From Octopus sinensis (lineage: Eukaryota): a stretch of 64,000 nucleotides of DNA. Positions 28,098 to 40,500 of the stretch are shown here, one piece after another (position 1 is the stretch's first letter; each line of letters starts with the position of its first letter). Under the pieces are notes generated by a model, which made no database searches, was not told where the DNA came from, and was given only the letters and a program-made list of their open reading frames with translations. The stretch covers positions 19,282,001 to 19,346,000 of the forward strand of contig NC_043005.1 of the NCBI RefSeq assembly GCF_006345805.1. The letters are read 5' to 3'. The translations under genes were made by a program, and so were the position numbers.

Positions 28098-28738
28098 CCA
28101 AAGTCTTGTAGACTTTGGATACGTGTGTGGGCCGAACGAGGCATCAGACTTTCCACCAAGCTGGCAGTCTATAGGGCAGTCGTCATCACCTCTCTGCTCT
28201 ACGGCTGTGGGACATGGACGCGGTATAGGAGGCAAATGCGAGTACGTGACCAGTTACACCTCCGCTGCTTGCGATGAAGCATGGGAATTTCCTGGGAGGA
28301 CAGAGTCTCCAACACTCCGGTGGGTCGGACATATAGTCCGAATGGACGACGCACGTCTATCAAAGATGATCTTCTTCTCTGAGCTGGCTTCTGGAGCAAG
28401 AAAATCTGAAAGGCCACTCAGGCGATACAAGGACAGCCGGAAAACTTCCCTTGAGCCCTGCGGCATTTCAGCCCTTGGCTGGGAATCGCTTGATTCTGAC
28501 CGCAGCGTCTGGCGTCTAGCTGTCCAAACGGGTGTTAAGCTGTTCGAGGAAAAGCACATCAAGAGCCTGGATCAGAAGCAACAAGCCCGAAAAGAGAGAA
28601 TCCCCAACCCTACTTCTGCTGTTATGTGCTCAACATGTGGCCACGTCTGCGCGTCCGCCTCTGGGTTCCGCTCTCACCTCCGGCGTCACTGACGTCATTG
28701 TCGAGTCCCGACAGACTTTCATTATTATCATCATTATA
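28098..28738 (+). mobile_element. RTE-clade LINE 3' fragment with C-terminal C2H2 finger
   Basis: TKLAVYRAVVITSLLYGC.TW, LRWVGHIVRMDDARL.K...SEL, RYKD, DRSVWR, CSTCGHVC......SHLRRH; internal deletion/frameshift; (CAT/TAT)n tail. Confidence 0.9.
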
Positions 28739-28758
28739 TATATATATATATAATATAT

Positions 28759-28789
<31 letters not shown>

Positions 28790-28959
28790 TGGCCTGCTCA
28801 CTTAGCCAGCGGGGTGGTGTCATTTGAAGGCTAAAACAATGCGAAGCGCATTGTGACCAGCTATGTGTAGCAACATCTGATAGCTTGGTCGGTCACAGTG
28901 ATCACGGTCATATATATATATATATATATACCAGATTAATAATTATATACATAATTTTA

Positions 28960-29235
28960 TTAAAGGGGTCAGGAAAGAACCTTCTCCAACATGCTGAAAA
29001 TAGACACCACTATATAACTCCAATAAAACACAGGTTGTAAAATACTAAATAAAATTTCACAGTTAATTGCGTATTGAGTCTAATTTGGGGATTAAAGCAA
29101 TAAAAAAGCTTATTTCCCATCATCAGCACAATATTCAAGGTATATAACCACAAATGCTTATACCTACCCATACAATGCAAAACCGTACGTCCATATAGAA
29201 ATACCTGCACATATATGCCAGATAAATATAGTATA
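28960..29235. repeat. Dispersed repeat (second copy 38343-38580), possibly a Kolobok/T2-like DNA element end
   Basis: Both copies start TTAA-AGGG.TCAGGAAAGAA..TCCAACATGCTGAAAAT and share TATAACTCCAA.AAAACACAGGTTGTAA; superfamily is a guess from TTAA+AGG. Confidence 0.5.
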
Positions 29236-29971
29236 CAATGATCGCCAAGACAACCTCAGACAAGCTGCATACATTATTAAATCATGGCGTGCAATTAGGC
29301 GGTTTTGGGGTGGGGTTTGCTATGAGCTAATTTTGTGTTTTGGTATTAGATATATTTTTCCCACTTCCATTCAGCTAGTTATATATAGACGAATTTATGG
29401 TAATGGTCAATAAGGTAACATGAAGAGAAGTTCAATTTCATATACAAGCAACATTCTATTAAGTTACTTCCTAGTTTTCTTTCCTATTGTGAAGTTTTTG
29501 AATCACCCTCTCATGCGTATCTTCATAGATATTGTAAGCTGTGGGCGTAATGCAAGAGCGATGTTCGTTCTGATTTCTTCTAGCCTGGCACGTTCTGGCT
29601 CATCTATTTCTTATTACTTCAGATAAACATTTGAGAATAAGTGTTTATCTTTCTCGAAAATAGCCTGTGATTATTATGTGTCTTCTCATCTATGTATCAT
29701 GTTGATTGATTTTTCACTGAAATTCTTGCTAATAATTATACTTTTAGCTACTATCTTCTGGTCATGAAGTTTGTCACTGCTTTAACTACATATATGCATA
29801 AATCTGTCTATGTATGTACGTATGTTTGTATATTTATATGCGTGCATATATATGATTATATGTGTGCACGTATTTTTCACTCATCTCAGTTTGCGAAGAC
29901 GAAATTTATTGAATGGCTGGATTTGTACTTTTAGATTCATGTATGTATACACATGAGTGTATGTGTATGCG

Positions 29972-30082
<111 letters not shown>

Positions 30083-30762
30083 ACCTATCTATACATACAT
30101 ACATATATGTATATATATATATATATATAAATACATATTTATATACACATATGCATATATATACGCATACATACATGTACATACACACATACATATGTTT
30201 GTAATTATGTATCTAAACATATATAATAGGTAATATATAGATAGATAAATAGATAGAGAGATAGATAGGTAGATAGATAGATAGAGAGAGAGAGAGAAAG
30301 AAAAAAAGGAAGAAAGAAAGAAAGAAATAGATCGACTGGTCGGTAAATAGAAACAGAGACAAACAGACAGACAAAAGAACAGACGGACAGATAGGTAGAC
30401 TTGCATACATACAGACTGACCTTAGTACAATGTCCATATGCATTTACAACAAGCTCAACTACTGCATTTGTTTTACATATTCTTCACAGTTTCATAAATG
30501 ACTTTTCTAATTAAACGTATCTTATCTGGTCTTGTGAAGGACAGTTTCTTTGCACAGATAATTACAGAAATAAATCCAAGGTTATTGCCCTGTTACCGTA
30601 TCTGCAGATTTCTCATTACTTCCATTTAATGCATTCTTTTTCACTTAATTTTGACATGATGCTAACATCTGAGTTATTCTAACTTCTTGAGAGAGATCGA
30701 GCCGATTGCTAACAAAGCAACAAGATACTTTGAGCTAAGAGTGTTCCCGATGTTTGTAAATA

Positions 30763-32349
30763 CCGTAAATCCTCGAGTATAATCCGCATTTTTTCTCAAA
30801 ATTTAATGGCCAAAATTACGAGGTTAAAAATGAAAAATATTTTCTAAGTAATGTCCGAGTCTCTATTTGCTGTCCGGCAATGTTTATTCAGACGGATTTT
30901 GTGATGTCGGGCGCGAAAATAACTTAAGCTAAGCCTGAAAGCAATGAAGTCATAAAAGAATCATCCATAACTTGCAGTAAGCAACATTTATTAAAATAAA
31001 AGTATTCAGAACACAGAATAACATGTAACAAAAACAATTTGCAAACATATTTACATTCACATATAACAGTTAAGAACATCACCATTATTGTATTACGCCT
31101 GCGCGGAAGTGTTTGTTCGACTTGGTGCTGCTGGCTTAATTATGCACGAATTGTGCTTAATAGTTTAGCGCTAAATAGTTCATCCTGCTGTTTGTATTGG
31201 CAGTTTGCATCATTACCGTGGCAAACAATAGATAATTAAATACCAGTATTAAATATTTGAACTACTGTGGGTCTTTACTAGGGTTTTTTATAAGCGGGAC
31301 TTAAACCTGTACCTTAATCTCCAATAAAACATTTTATACATTACATGCTCATAAAATGCCTCGTAGATCTTAGCTATGTTTAAACTTGAAGTTATATCAT
31401 ATGCTGAAGGGCATGTTAATAGGACCGTCGGAAGAAAATTTGATGTTGACGAAAGCAATGTCAGGTTATGGAGAAGAAATAAAGAGGAAATTAAACAGAT
31501 GCCAAAGATAAAGAGGGAAGAAGTGGGTAAAAAGCCAAACATCCTGAGCTTGAAGAAATTTTGCTTGAATGGGTAGAGGTAAGAAGACTTGGTGGAATAG
31601 CTATTAATACCGTACATCTGAGGCTACAGGCAAAACTCATTGCTAAAAAGATAAAACGTAATGAGTCAGAATTTAAAGCATCACGTGCCTAGGTCAGTAA
31701 CTTTATGTCAAGGCATGACTCGTATATTAGGAGGCGAACCGACATTTCACAAAAGGATCGTGTATGAATGGGATGAACTTGATCCCCAGATTATTGTGAA
31801 AAGTTTTATCAAATGTTGTATATCTTCTGCACTGGATGGTACTCAAGATGACGTTGTATGGAAAGATGAAATAAATGAAAGTGAATCTTCTGATGTTGAC
31901 TATGAATCTGACGATGACGGAGATTTACACTACAATGATGCTAACATGTTTACGGAGAAACAAATGGAACAGTTATTTGATGGAACAGTTAAGTGACGTT
32001 GAATTTGAAGAATTTGAATAAATGTTTTTGCTTTTGCTTTTGTAACTGATTGTGATAAATATGTAAAGGCAATTTACTTAATATTTATTTTTCACTGACG
32101 TTATTACTGCTATTTCTTTATTTTCTGCGAACAAAATGCACAAAAAAGCTACACGTTTGCATGATGTTATATATACAATAATAATAAAGGACGTTACCGT
32201 ATACATTTTTACTAATATATAGACATCCTTGACTCAAGTTAGAGAAGGGGTGCATGATATACACAAGGTTTAGGTTTTTCAGAGGTACAGCTCCTTAAAA
32301 ATCACCTGCGTATTATACTCAAGGGCGGACTATACTCGAGGATTTACGG
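30763..32349 (+). mobile_element. pogo/Tc2-like DNA transposon, internally deleted and dead
   Basis: 25-bp TIRs CCGTAAATCCTCGAGTATAATCCGC / GCGGACTATACTCGAGGATTTACGG, TA on both sides; N-terminal HTH FKLEVISYAE..VGRKFDVDESNVRLWR; C-terminal IVKSFIKCCISSALDGTQDD plus acidic tail. Confidence 0.9.
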
Positions 32350-32467
32350 TATGTGGTTGAATTGGTGTGTCGGTTGAACTGTCGATGCATACACCTAAGC
32401 GTTGGCATCTATTCATATAAAAATTTCACATGGAAAATTTATGTATATAAGTATATATGTATGTTTG

Positions 32468-32510
<43 letters not shown>

Positions 32511-32513
<3 letters not shown>

Positions 32514-32705
32514 GGAGTAAACACATAAATGTGAAACGAGGTGGAAAAAAGAGTACTCAAATACCAGTGGTAGAATAATATGCTTTATTTAAAGCAGCAG
32601 AAAATTCAACAAAACCTGTTACTCTGAGTTTCCCGCTGCCGTTCATCGGACAGTTTTTTCTAGCAAAAACAGGTTTCGTTGAATTTTCTGCTGCTTTAAA
32701 TAAAG

Positions 32706-32706
<1 letters not shown>
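32511..32706 (-). ncRNA. (TA)n-embedded insert with hammerhead-like core (32616-32653) inside a 38-bp-arm fold-back
   Basis: CTGT-CCGATGA-ACGGCAGCGG-GAAAC-TCAGA-GTA-ACAG; related copy at 44290-44390. Confidence 0.55.
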
Positions 32707-32750
<44 letters not shown>

Positions 32751-33141
32751 CTGTGCCTGTAAATATCCATGCCTGCATGCATATATGCATTACGTTTTTC
32801 GGTTTTTCTTTTGAGATTTAATAAGATTTTTCTTTTGCAAATTTCAAACCAGTCACTAACAAAGTGTCCTTGTCTTTAAGGGAAGTGAGACTTCGCACTT
32901 TCTCAATATCCGAATTCGTTGGTTGGTTGGTGCAAATATATTTTTATGTGTGAATACAATTGAGAAGAGTCGCTTTATGTAGTAAGTAGAAGCTGTAAAT
33001 CGTCATCATTTGAGTTAACGAGCTTTGCAGCTCATTAACAAGCAATGGTGACATTTTTCAATCATATACATACTTGCACTCATACATATATACATATATA
33101 TATATATATGTGTGTGTGTGTGTATACATGTATATATATAT

Positions 33142-33197
<56 letters not shown>

Positions 33198-33260
33198 TAT
33201 ACATACATATATATATACATATATTATATATATATATGTGTGTGTGTGCTTGTATACGTA

Positions 33261-33293
<33 letters not shown>

Positions 33294-33559
33294 GTGTGTG
33301 TGTGTGTGTATACGTGTATATATATATACATATATATACATACATATATATACATATATATACATACATATATATATATATACATATATATATATATGTG
33401 TATGTATATATACATACATATATATTTGTATGTATATGTACATATGTATCTATATTGTTCATACAAATGCTTTCATACATACATCAACTTGTAGTATCCA
33501 CGTAGAGCAAGAAACCTGAATAATATCTGTGTATTTTGCGTATTATCTTTTTGATGGCT

Positions 33560-33960
33560 GCAGAATACAAATCACTAATTACTTGTCGGTTGACCGCCTT
33601 ATTACTTTACCAACTCGTCCATCCATGCTCTCAAAGAGTAAAACAACACAAACCAGGACGTGTTATTTATTCATTTATCAAAAGTCAATAAATACATCCA
33701 AGGACTTCGTTTCTTCCATGATTTGGGAAGCAATTTTGCATATTTGATTTGCACAAACATGTGTAAGCTGTGGAATCAGATTTTTCTAAATATTCCTATT
33801 TAGTGCATCTTTTCATTAACATAATTTAGCATGATCTTCAATATACAACTTTTGCATGTTTTCAAGCGATTTTATCTCTCTTGAAGAACTATTACTCCTT
33901 TCCAATTATTTCTGTCGTATAAGTCTCCCTTTTCCCAGTAGAATGCAATGATCAAACGAT
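33560..33960 (-). pseudogene. Ancient RTE-like RT remnant
   Basis: IIAFYWEKGDLYDRNNWKGVIVL resembles IVPLYKxKGDxxDCxNWRGITLL; downstream VFIDF. Confidence 0.45.
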
Positions 33961-35063
33961 ATTCATTTCTTTCATCCTACAGTATCATTTTCGGCGGTGG
34001 TAGTATCAGCAAATGTAAGACTGGACAACACTTCTCTTTAAATTAGTAATTGAACCTCGGCCAGCGTTAGTTACGTAATATAAAGGTTATATGCCTAAAG
34101 TGACTTTAGATTTTCCAATAACAGTAGCAGTGTTGCGTGCGGTGACATTTGAATACTTGTTAAGTGCAATACTTTATGGTTCAATTGTTCTCAGTATCAA
34201 ATAATTATTGTGAAAAGGAGTTATAATTCAGGTGGATAACCTCCTAGATAATGTATTTACTTTGGGGCAATGTACATGCGGTGATGGCTGTATTTTAGAG
34301 CGCATTTTCGTATAATGCTTCAGCTCAAGTTTCTCCTCAAATCATAATTTATCGTCTTAAAAGAAATGGTCCCGCAGAAGAAACTATGGATATAATGCGT
34401 CTGAAAATAAAAGGGAAGGTGGTCAAGGCTGGATTTTAAACAAGACAATATTCTAGTTCTGTATGCTTTTGTGTGTATCTGTGTGTGTAGTGTGTGTGTG
34501 TGTGTGTATGTGAAGAACATATACTGAGTTACACTTCAGTAAGTTGTACTTAGAAAATTGCATTGAAAGGTAACACATACGCTACTCATCAGTTATTTCT
34601 GCATTGGGTGGGTTTGTATAAGGCGGTGATATTTATGCTTCCACAGTTTGAACATCTGGAACTTTCAATCTGGAAGTTCAGGACGGTATACTTTGAAGCC
34701 GATTTATCCTTGGACGTTTCCCGAATGTTATTGACGCTTTGCACATGTATGTATGTATGTATGTATGTATGTATGTATGTAGTATGTATGTTATGTATGT
34801 ATGTATGTATGCATGCATGCATCCATGTATGTATGTATGCATGTATGTACGTATGTATGTATGTATGTATGTATGTATGTATGTGTATGTATGTATGTAC
34901 TGCAAAACAAAGACACACCACGCAGAAGTACGATACTACCTAACGACGCCGGTCGGTAGACCGATACCTGAAGGTCACAGCAGGTGACTTCTGGCGGCGA
35001 GGCCTGAACTACAACGGCCTTGTCCCACAGAGAACGTTTCCGGGAACTTTTGGCCATCTCCTC

Positions 35064-35123
<60 letters not shown>

Positions 35124-35245
35124 ATTTAAATAATCAGAAAATGGAGAAAACTTTAGATCAACAAATCAGTTCGGCCACATCTGTAGCTTATTATTTAATA
35201 AAAATCCAGGGCTGTGAAAGGTTTCAGAACATTTATAAAAAGAAG

Positions 35246-35293
35246 GACTTACAGCTGTTTCCGGGATACTTTGTATGTCCCTTCATCAGAGAC
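35246..35293 (-). ncRNA. Minimal type I hammerhead
   Basis: GTCT-CTGATGA-AGGGACATACAAAGTATCCCG-GAAAC-AGCT-GTA-AGTC; core intact, one stem I mismatch. Confidence 0.7.
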
Positions 35294-35341
35294 GGTGCGA
35301 AAAAATGATTAATAACTATTGCTTAATCATTTTCTCGCACC

Positions 35342-35389
35342 GTCTCTGATGAAAGGATATATAAAATATCCCGGAAACAGCTTTAAGAC
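35342..35389 (+). ncRNA. Minimal type I hammerhead (helix III G>T variant)
   Basis: GTCT-CTGATGA-AAGGATATATAAAATATCCCG-GAAAC-AGCT-TTA-AGAC. Confidence 0.62.
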
Positions 35390-35612
35390 CTTCTCTTTAT
35401 AAATGTTCTGAAAACTTTCACAGCCTTGGATTTTTTTTATCCCATTCTGTTAATTTTTTTATATATATGCATGCTAATATATGACCTACGTTGGACTCCT
35501 CATTCGCATAATTACCGAACCTGGGGCTCAACTATAGTCCGTCCATAGCACTTACTCAGCATTACCTGACACCTTTGGATCTTCTTGACACCATTACCTC
35601 TCATAACCTATG

Positions 35613-35680
<68 letters not shown>

Positions 35681-35741
35681 TGTGTGTGTGTGCGTGTGTG
35701 TGTGCGTGCGTGTGTGTGTATATGTGTGCGCGTGTGTGTGT

Positions 35742-36020
35742 AGGCGCATGACTCAGTGGTTAGAGCATCGAGCTTACGATCGTGAGGTTGTAAGTTCGAA
35801 TCCCGGACCGGGCTGCGTGTTGTGTTCTTGAGCAAGACACTTTATTTCACGTTGCTCCAGTTCACTCAGCCGTAGAAATGAGTTGCGATGTCACAGATTC
35901 CAAGCTGTATTGGCCTTTGCCTGTCCCTTGGATAACACTGGTGGTGTGGAGAGGGGTGGCCGGTATGGGTGACTACTGGTCTTCCATAAACAACCTTGCC
36001 CGGATTTGTGACTGGGAGGG
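35742..36020 (+). mobile_element. SINE family B, 3'-truncated (inverted copy at 36305-36586)
   Basis: GGCGCATGACTCAGTGGTTAGAGC..GTTCGAATCCCGG..TCTTGAGCAAGACACTT. Confidence 0.85.
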
Positions 36021-36624
36021 TTAGGGTTATACTAACCGACTAACATAACATAACATTTATATCACATAAATGTTTTGTATTAAATAATAAGCTACAGATG
36101 TGGCCCAATTGATTTGTTGATCTAAAGTTTTCTCCATTTTCTGATTATTTAAATTTGATTCCTGGTAAATTTTTGCTTATTTTGTTGCTACCTGTACTCT
36201 ACGAGCATAGTGTGCCTGCATACCCATGACCAGAGATAACATGGGTAACTGATGCAGATAGTGAATATGGATATTCTATCCCTTAGTCGGTTAGTATAAC
36301 CCTAACCCTCCCAGTCACAAATCCGGGCAAGGTTGTTTATGGAAGACCAGTAGGCACCCATATACCGGCCACCCCTCTCCATGCCACCCATGTTATCCAA
36401 GGGACGGGCAAAGGCCAATACAGCTTGGAATCTGTGACATCGCAACTCATTTCTACGGCTGAGTGAACTGGAGTAACGTGAAATAAAGTGTCTTGCTCAA
36501 GAACACAACACGCAGCCCGGTCCGGGATTCGAACTTACAACCTCACGATCGTAAGCTCGATGCTCTAACCACTGAGTCATGCGCCTACACACACACACAT
36601 ATACACACACACGCACGCACACAC

Positions 36625-36675
<51 letters not shown>

Positions 36676-36894
36676 GGTTATGAGAGGTAATGGTGTCAAG
36701 AAGATCCAAAGGTGTCAGGTAATGCTGAGTAAGTGCTATGGACGGACTATAGTTGAGCCCCAGGTTCGGTAATTATGCGAATGAGGAGTCCAACGTAGGT
36801 CATATATTAGCATGCATATATATAAAAAAATTAACAGAATGGGATAAAAAAAATCCAAGGCTGTGAAAGTTTTCAGAACATTTATAAAGAGAAG

Positions 36895-36942
36895 GTCTTA
36901 AAGCTGTTTCCGGGATATTTTATATATCCTTTTATCAGAGAC
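36895..36942 (-). ncRNA. Hammerhead copy with core mutation (CTGATAA)
   Basis: Inverted duplicate of 35342-35389 with a G>A change in CUGAUGA. Confidence 0.5.
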
Positions 36943-36990
36943 GGTGCGAGAAAATGGTTAAGCAATAGTTATTAATCATTTTTTCGCACC

Positions 36991-37038
36991 GTCTCTGATG
37001 AAGGGACATACAAAGTATCCCGGAAACAGCTGTAAGTC
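36991..37038 (+). ncRNA. Minimal type I hammerhead
   Basis: GTCT-CTGATGA-AGGGACATACAAAGTATCCCG-GAAAC-AGCT-GTA-AGTC. Confidence 0.7.
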
Positions 37039-38301
37039 CTTCTTTTTATAAATGTTCTGAAACCTTTCACAGCCCTGGATTTTTATCTCATTCTGTTAAT
37101 TTTACATATGTATGTGAGCAAATGTGTGTATATGTGTACGTGTACAAGAAAAGTATGTGAATGTATGTGAACATTGACAAGTGTATCAATTTGATTTACC
37201 ATCCATATTTATAAAATACTACAATTAGTCGTCATTTTTTACGGTACGGGGCCAGATTGATATCAATAATATTAATACGCTAACTTTATGTTTTTAGTAA
37301 GTACCTGTTGTGTGCGTCACACTTACTTCAAAGAAGTAGCAAAGCGAGATAGAGGAGGACAGAGAGAAAGTAAGAGAGAGAAAGAGAGAGAGAAAGAGAG
37401 TGAAAGAGACAGTGAATCGTGACAGCGTTCATTTGTGTTTTTAAATGTTTATCACATCGCAAGGGAAGTAGATACATAGATGCATATACACATTGTTAAA
37501 TCAAAAGCGGGCGAGGAGAGGGACACAAAGGAAGTGAAAGAGAAAGAGAGAAAGAAAGTGAGAGAGATAGTAGATACATAAATCCAAAGAAAAGGTCATA
37601 CATAGATACATGCACACAGCAAATATTAAATGTCAATTTCACTTTTCATTACCAAACGAGGATAAAATCAACTCACAAATGGCTAAGTACTCCACAGACA
37701 TGCATAACATTAATGTAGTTCTCAGGGAGATTCAGCCTCACACGGAATATGACAAGGCTGGCCCCTTTGAATTACAGCTACAACTCGTGACATGTATATA
37801 TGAATGTATTTGTGTGTATAGTTTAGATTAGTTAAAACATGTTTGCAATAATAAGTGTCGCGTGGTGGAAATAAACGCAATTACCAAACTTTCATTCATT
37901 AATCCATTTATTATTTCGTTCTTTTGTATTTCAATTTGTACATGAAATTTCTTTGAATATGTACGATGTTTTAAGGTTAAATAATAATAATTCCGTTTAC
38001 GTTTGTGTAACTGATATATTTTGGTTGGATTATATAGCCATTGGTGTTACATTACTTTCTATATTCTGTAACTGTTACAATATACTTTTCTAGGCCTGAA
38101 TATTTTGGAGGGAGTGGGCCAGTTGATTAGATCGACCCCAGTACACAATTCTTACTTAATTTATCGACGCCGAAAGGACGAAAGGCAAAGTAGGTCTCGG
38201 CAGAATTTGAACTCAGAATGTAAAGACAGGCGGTCATAATATACAAACGTTTCTCATGACACCAGTACACTGTTTGCTGATGCTTACATTTTTTATGTTT
38301 T

Positions 38302-38328
38302 CCGTGAATTTTTCACGGGTCCAGCTAG
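38302..38328 (+). mobile_element. Helitron 3' terminus
   Basis: Hairpin CCGTGAA-TTT-TTCACGG followed 6 nt later by CTAG|T; 5' end not located. Confidence 0.6.
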
Positions 38329-38917
38329 TATATATAATTATATTAAAGGGATCAGGAAAGAAAATTTTCCAACATGCTGAAAATTAACGACAAAGGTGCA
38401 AAACACTGCCTTATAACTCCAACAAAACACAGGTTGTAAGCGAACAAATGAAAAATGCTAAATAAAACTACACAGTAAATTGTAAAGTTTAAGGTATATA
38501 ATCACAGATATTTATATATAGACATACAAAACAAAGCCGTTCATCCATATAGAAATATCTGCGCGTATACTCCAAATAAAGTCAAATATATATTTTTCAT
38601 TTCAACAACGTGTTTTTTTTTATCAAAATAGCGTCGCAGGAAATGCGATTTCGATCGGAAACAAAAATATTTTATTATTTACTCTTAATAGAATTGAGGA
38701 TAGAATCACGTTGATGATTATATCAAATGGTCAGCATGAAATAAAACCTTGTAGTTAATCGTGTCTCAATCACGATAAATTAAGTACCAGTTACGCACTG
38801 GGGTCGATGTAATCGACTTAATCCGTTTGTCCCCTCTGTGTTTAGCCCATTGTGGGTAGTAAAGAAATATATATATATATATAAGTATATATGTGCATTT
38901 AAGTATACGTCCAGTCA

Positions 38918-38983
38918 TAGAGTGACCGATGGTTTCGCATCTATAAAGCGCTTAGCTCTATGGGTGACTCGCGTCAGACTCTA
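38918..38983 (-). ncRNA. Degenerate type I hammerhead motif near (TA)n
   Basis: TAGAGT-CTGACGC-...-GAAAC-CATCG-GTC-ACTCTA; 6-bp stem I, GUC triplet, core A9 altered. Confidence 0.5.
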
Positions 38984-39100
38984 ATGGCGAAGGCCATATA
39001 GCTCTTCAATATATATAGCCATATATCGCTAAATGCTTTTAAATACATTATTGGTCTATGCTTTAGAGTGCGCTTCCTTTTCGGATATATGATACACTGA

Positions 39101-39176
<76 letters not shown>

Positions 39177-39338
39177 GCTGCTTTCTCGTACACGAGTAAA
39201 TTCATTGCTAGAGAATCATGGACACGATCCCTCTGTGAATCCATTTATAGTTTCTGTAAACCGCTTAATTGAGCTAATTTGAAGCCAAACAGTGACCTAA
39301 TACATGGCTTCCTTATGGTAGACATGAAAGTATGAAAG

Positions 39339-39500
39339 TATATGGACGACATGAAAGTATATGCTGAAAATATGCACAATACGAAGTGCCTTGACCGAGA
39401 TATGGTATTCGCGAATGATATAGAACTTCATTTAGAACACAATAAATATGCGCACTTGATTGCAAAATGGGGGGAATACTACATGCAAGTCTAGCAACAT
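39339..39500 (+). pseudogene. Old R4/Dong-like RT catalytic-core remnant (not in the ORF track)
   Basis: YMDDMKVYAE...VFANDIELHLEHNKYAHL..KWG parallels YMDDLKLYA...FSxDIGMxFGxxKCA. Confidence 0.6.
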
Positions 39501-40255
39501 TTCTACCTCTGGTTTCACTTCCTACCAGGAATGCTACAGGAACTGAGGGTTGACTCAATATATATTCTGCGATAGAACACGTAACAAGTAACGTAACCAG
39601 TAACCACAATGTTTTTGATGCATCAGTAAATCATATCGACATTTGAACGACTGGGTTGAACACGCGTTATTGATGTTAAAACCCCAATACCATTAATCAC
39701 ACCAAACATTGCCGTAATACTACTCATAGTAACTGTCTGTAATTAAAGGAAAGAAGGTAGATCAATATCAGTTTAAAGGACCTTTGAATATTGCATCATA
39801 ACTCTTCGACTTAAAGCGCCAAAGTGAAAGCGCACTCAGGAAATCAATCTGTATATATGAGCGCAAGAAAGATATATTAGCTCTCACTTTGAAAGATACG
39901 CTTTTGGTATCGATGAAAAGGAAATAATTATATATCATCTGGTACATAAAATGAGAGAGGGTTGTAATCAATACAAACCTTGTTAAATTTGCACTTAAAA
40001 TGTAATCCACATCATAAGGAATTATCTGAAAATGTCATTACTATTTTCTTATAAGATAGTTCTGAAGATATAAAAGTATTCACAGTAAAATGAAGAACCC
40101 ATCATTAAAAAAAAAGATAGAAGAAAGAATACAATAGAAAGTAGACACAACTGACCAAGTAATGATCTGGGTTTGGGAAAAGAAAGTGAGGCTAGCAATA
40201 ATATAAAATCAGTTGTCCAGCATAATGTTAAAGGTAAGTAAAAAGGAACATATTA

Positions 40256-40500
40256 CATGGTGTTCAAAAAATCTCTCCGCAGTGAATTTTTTTTCATCCT
40301 GACTCTCCAAGATGTATTTCGAAACATGTGTAGAAGAGTCAACTTATGTATTGAAAATGAAAGACGACACTTTCAACACCTCTTATAAAGTTTTTAAAGT
40401 CTTGTAAAGTCGTATATATTCTTTTATAGTCTTAAACCATCCTATAAACATTCATTTTGCAATAAAATACTTACTGCGGAGAGACTTGTTGAACACCCTG
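40256..40500 (+). mobile_element. Tc1/mariner-superfamily deletion derivative (MITE), 245 bp
   Basis: TA|CATGGTGTTCAAAAAATCTCTCCGCAGT...ACTGCGGAGAGACTTGTTGAACACCCTG|TA; retains transposase C-terminus CRRVNLCIENERRHFQHLL*. Confidence 0.82.

Larger units (their letters stand above)
35198..37086. repeat. Large inverted duplication: arms 35198-36043 and 36283-37086
   Basis: Arms are reverse complements with a few substitutions and microsatellite-length differences; each carries a hammerhead fold-back and a family B SINE. Confidence 0.95.

Noticed and set aside
27961-28692. 243-aa ORF ending in a C2H2 zinc finger as a host gene
   Set aside because: The N-terminus is read-through of flank and (TA)n; the rest is an RTE ORF2 C-terminus
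36017-36029. GGGTTAGGGTTA telomere-like motif near the inner end of the inverted arm
   Set aside because: Under two full TTAGGG units and partly contributed by the SINE end; too short to call telomere healing
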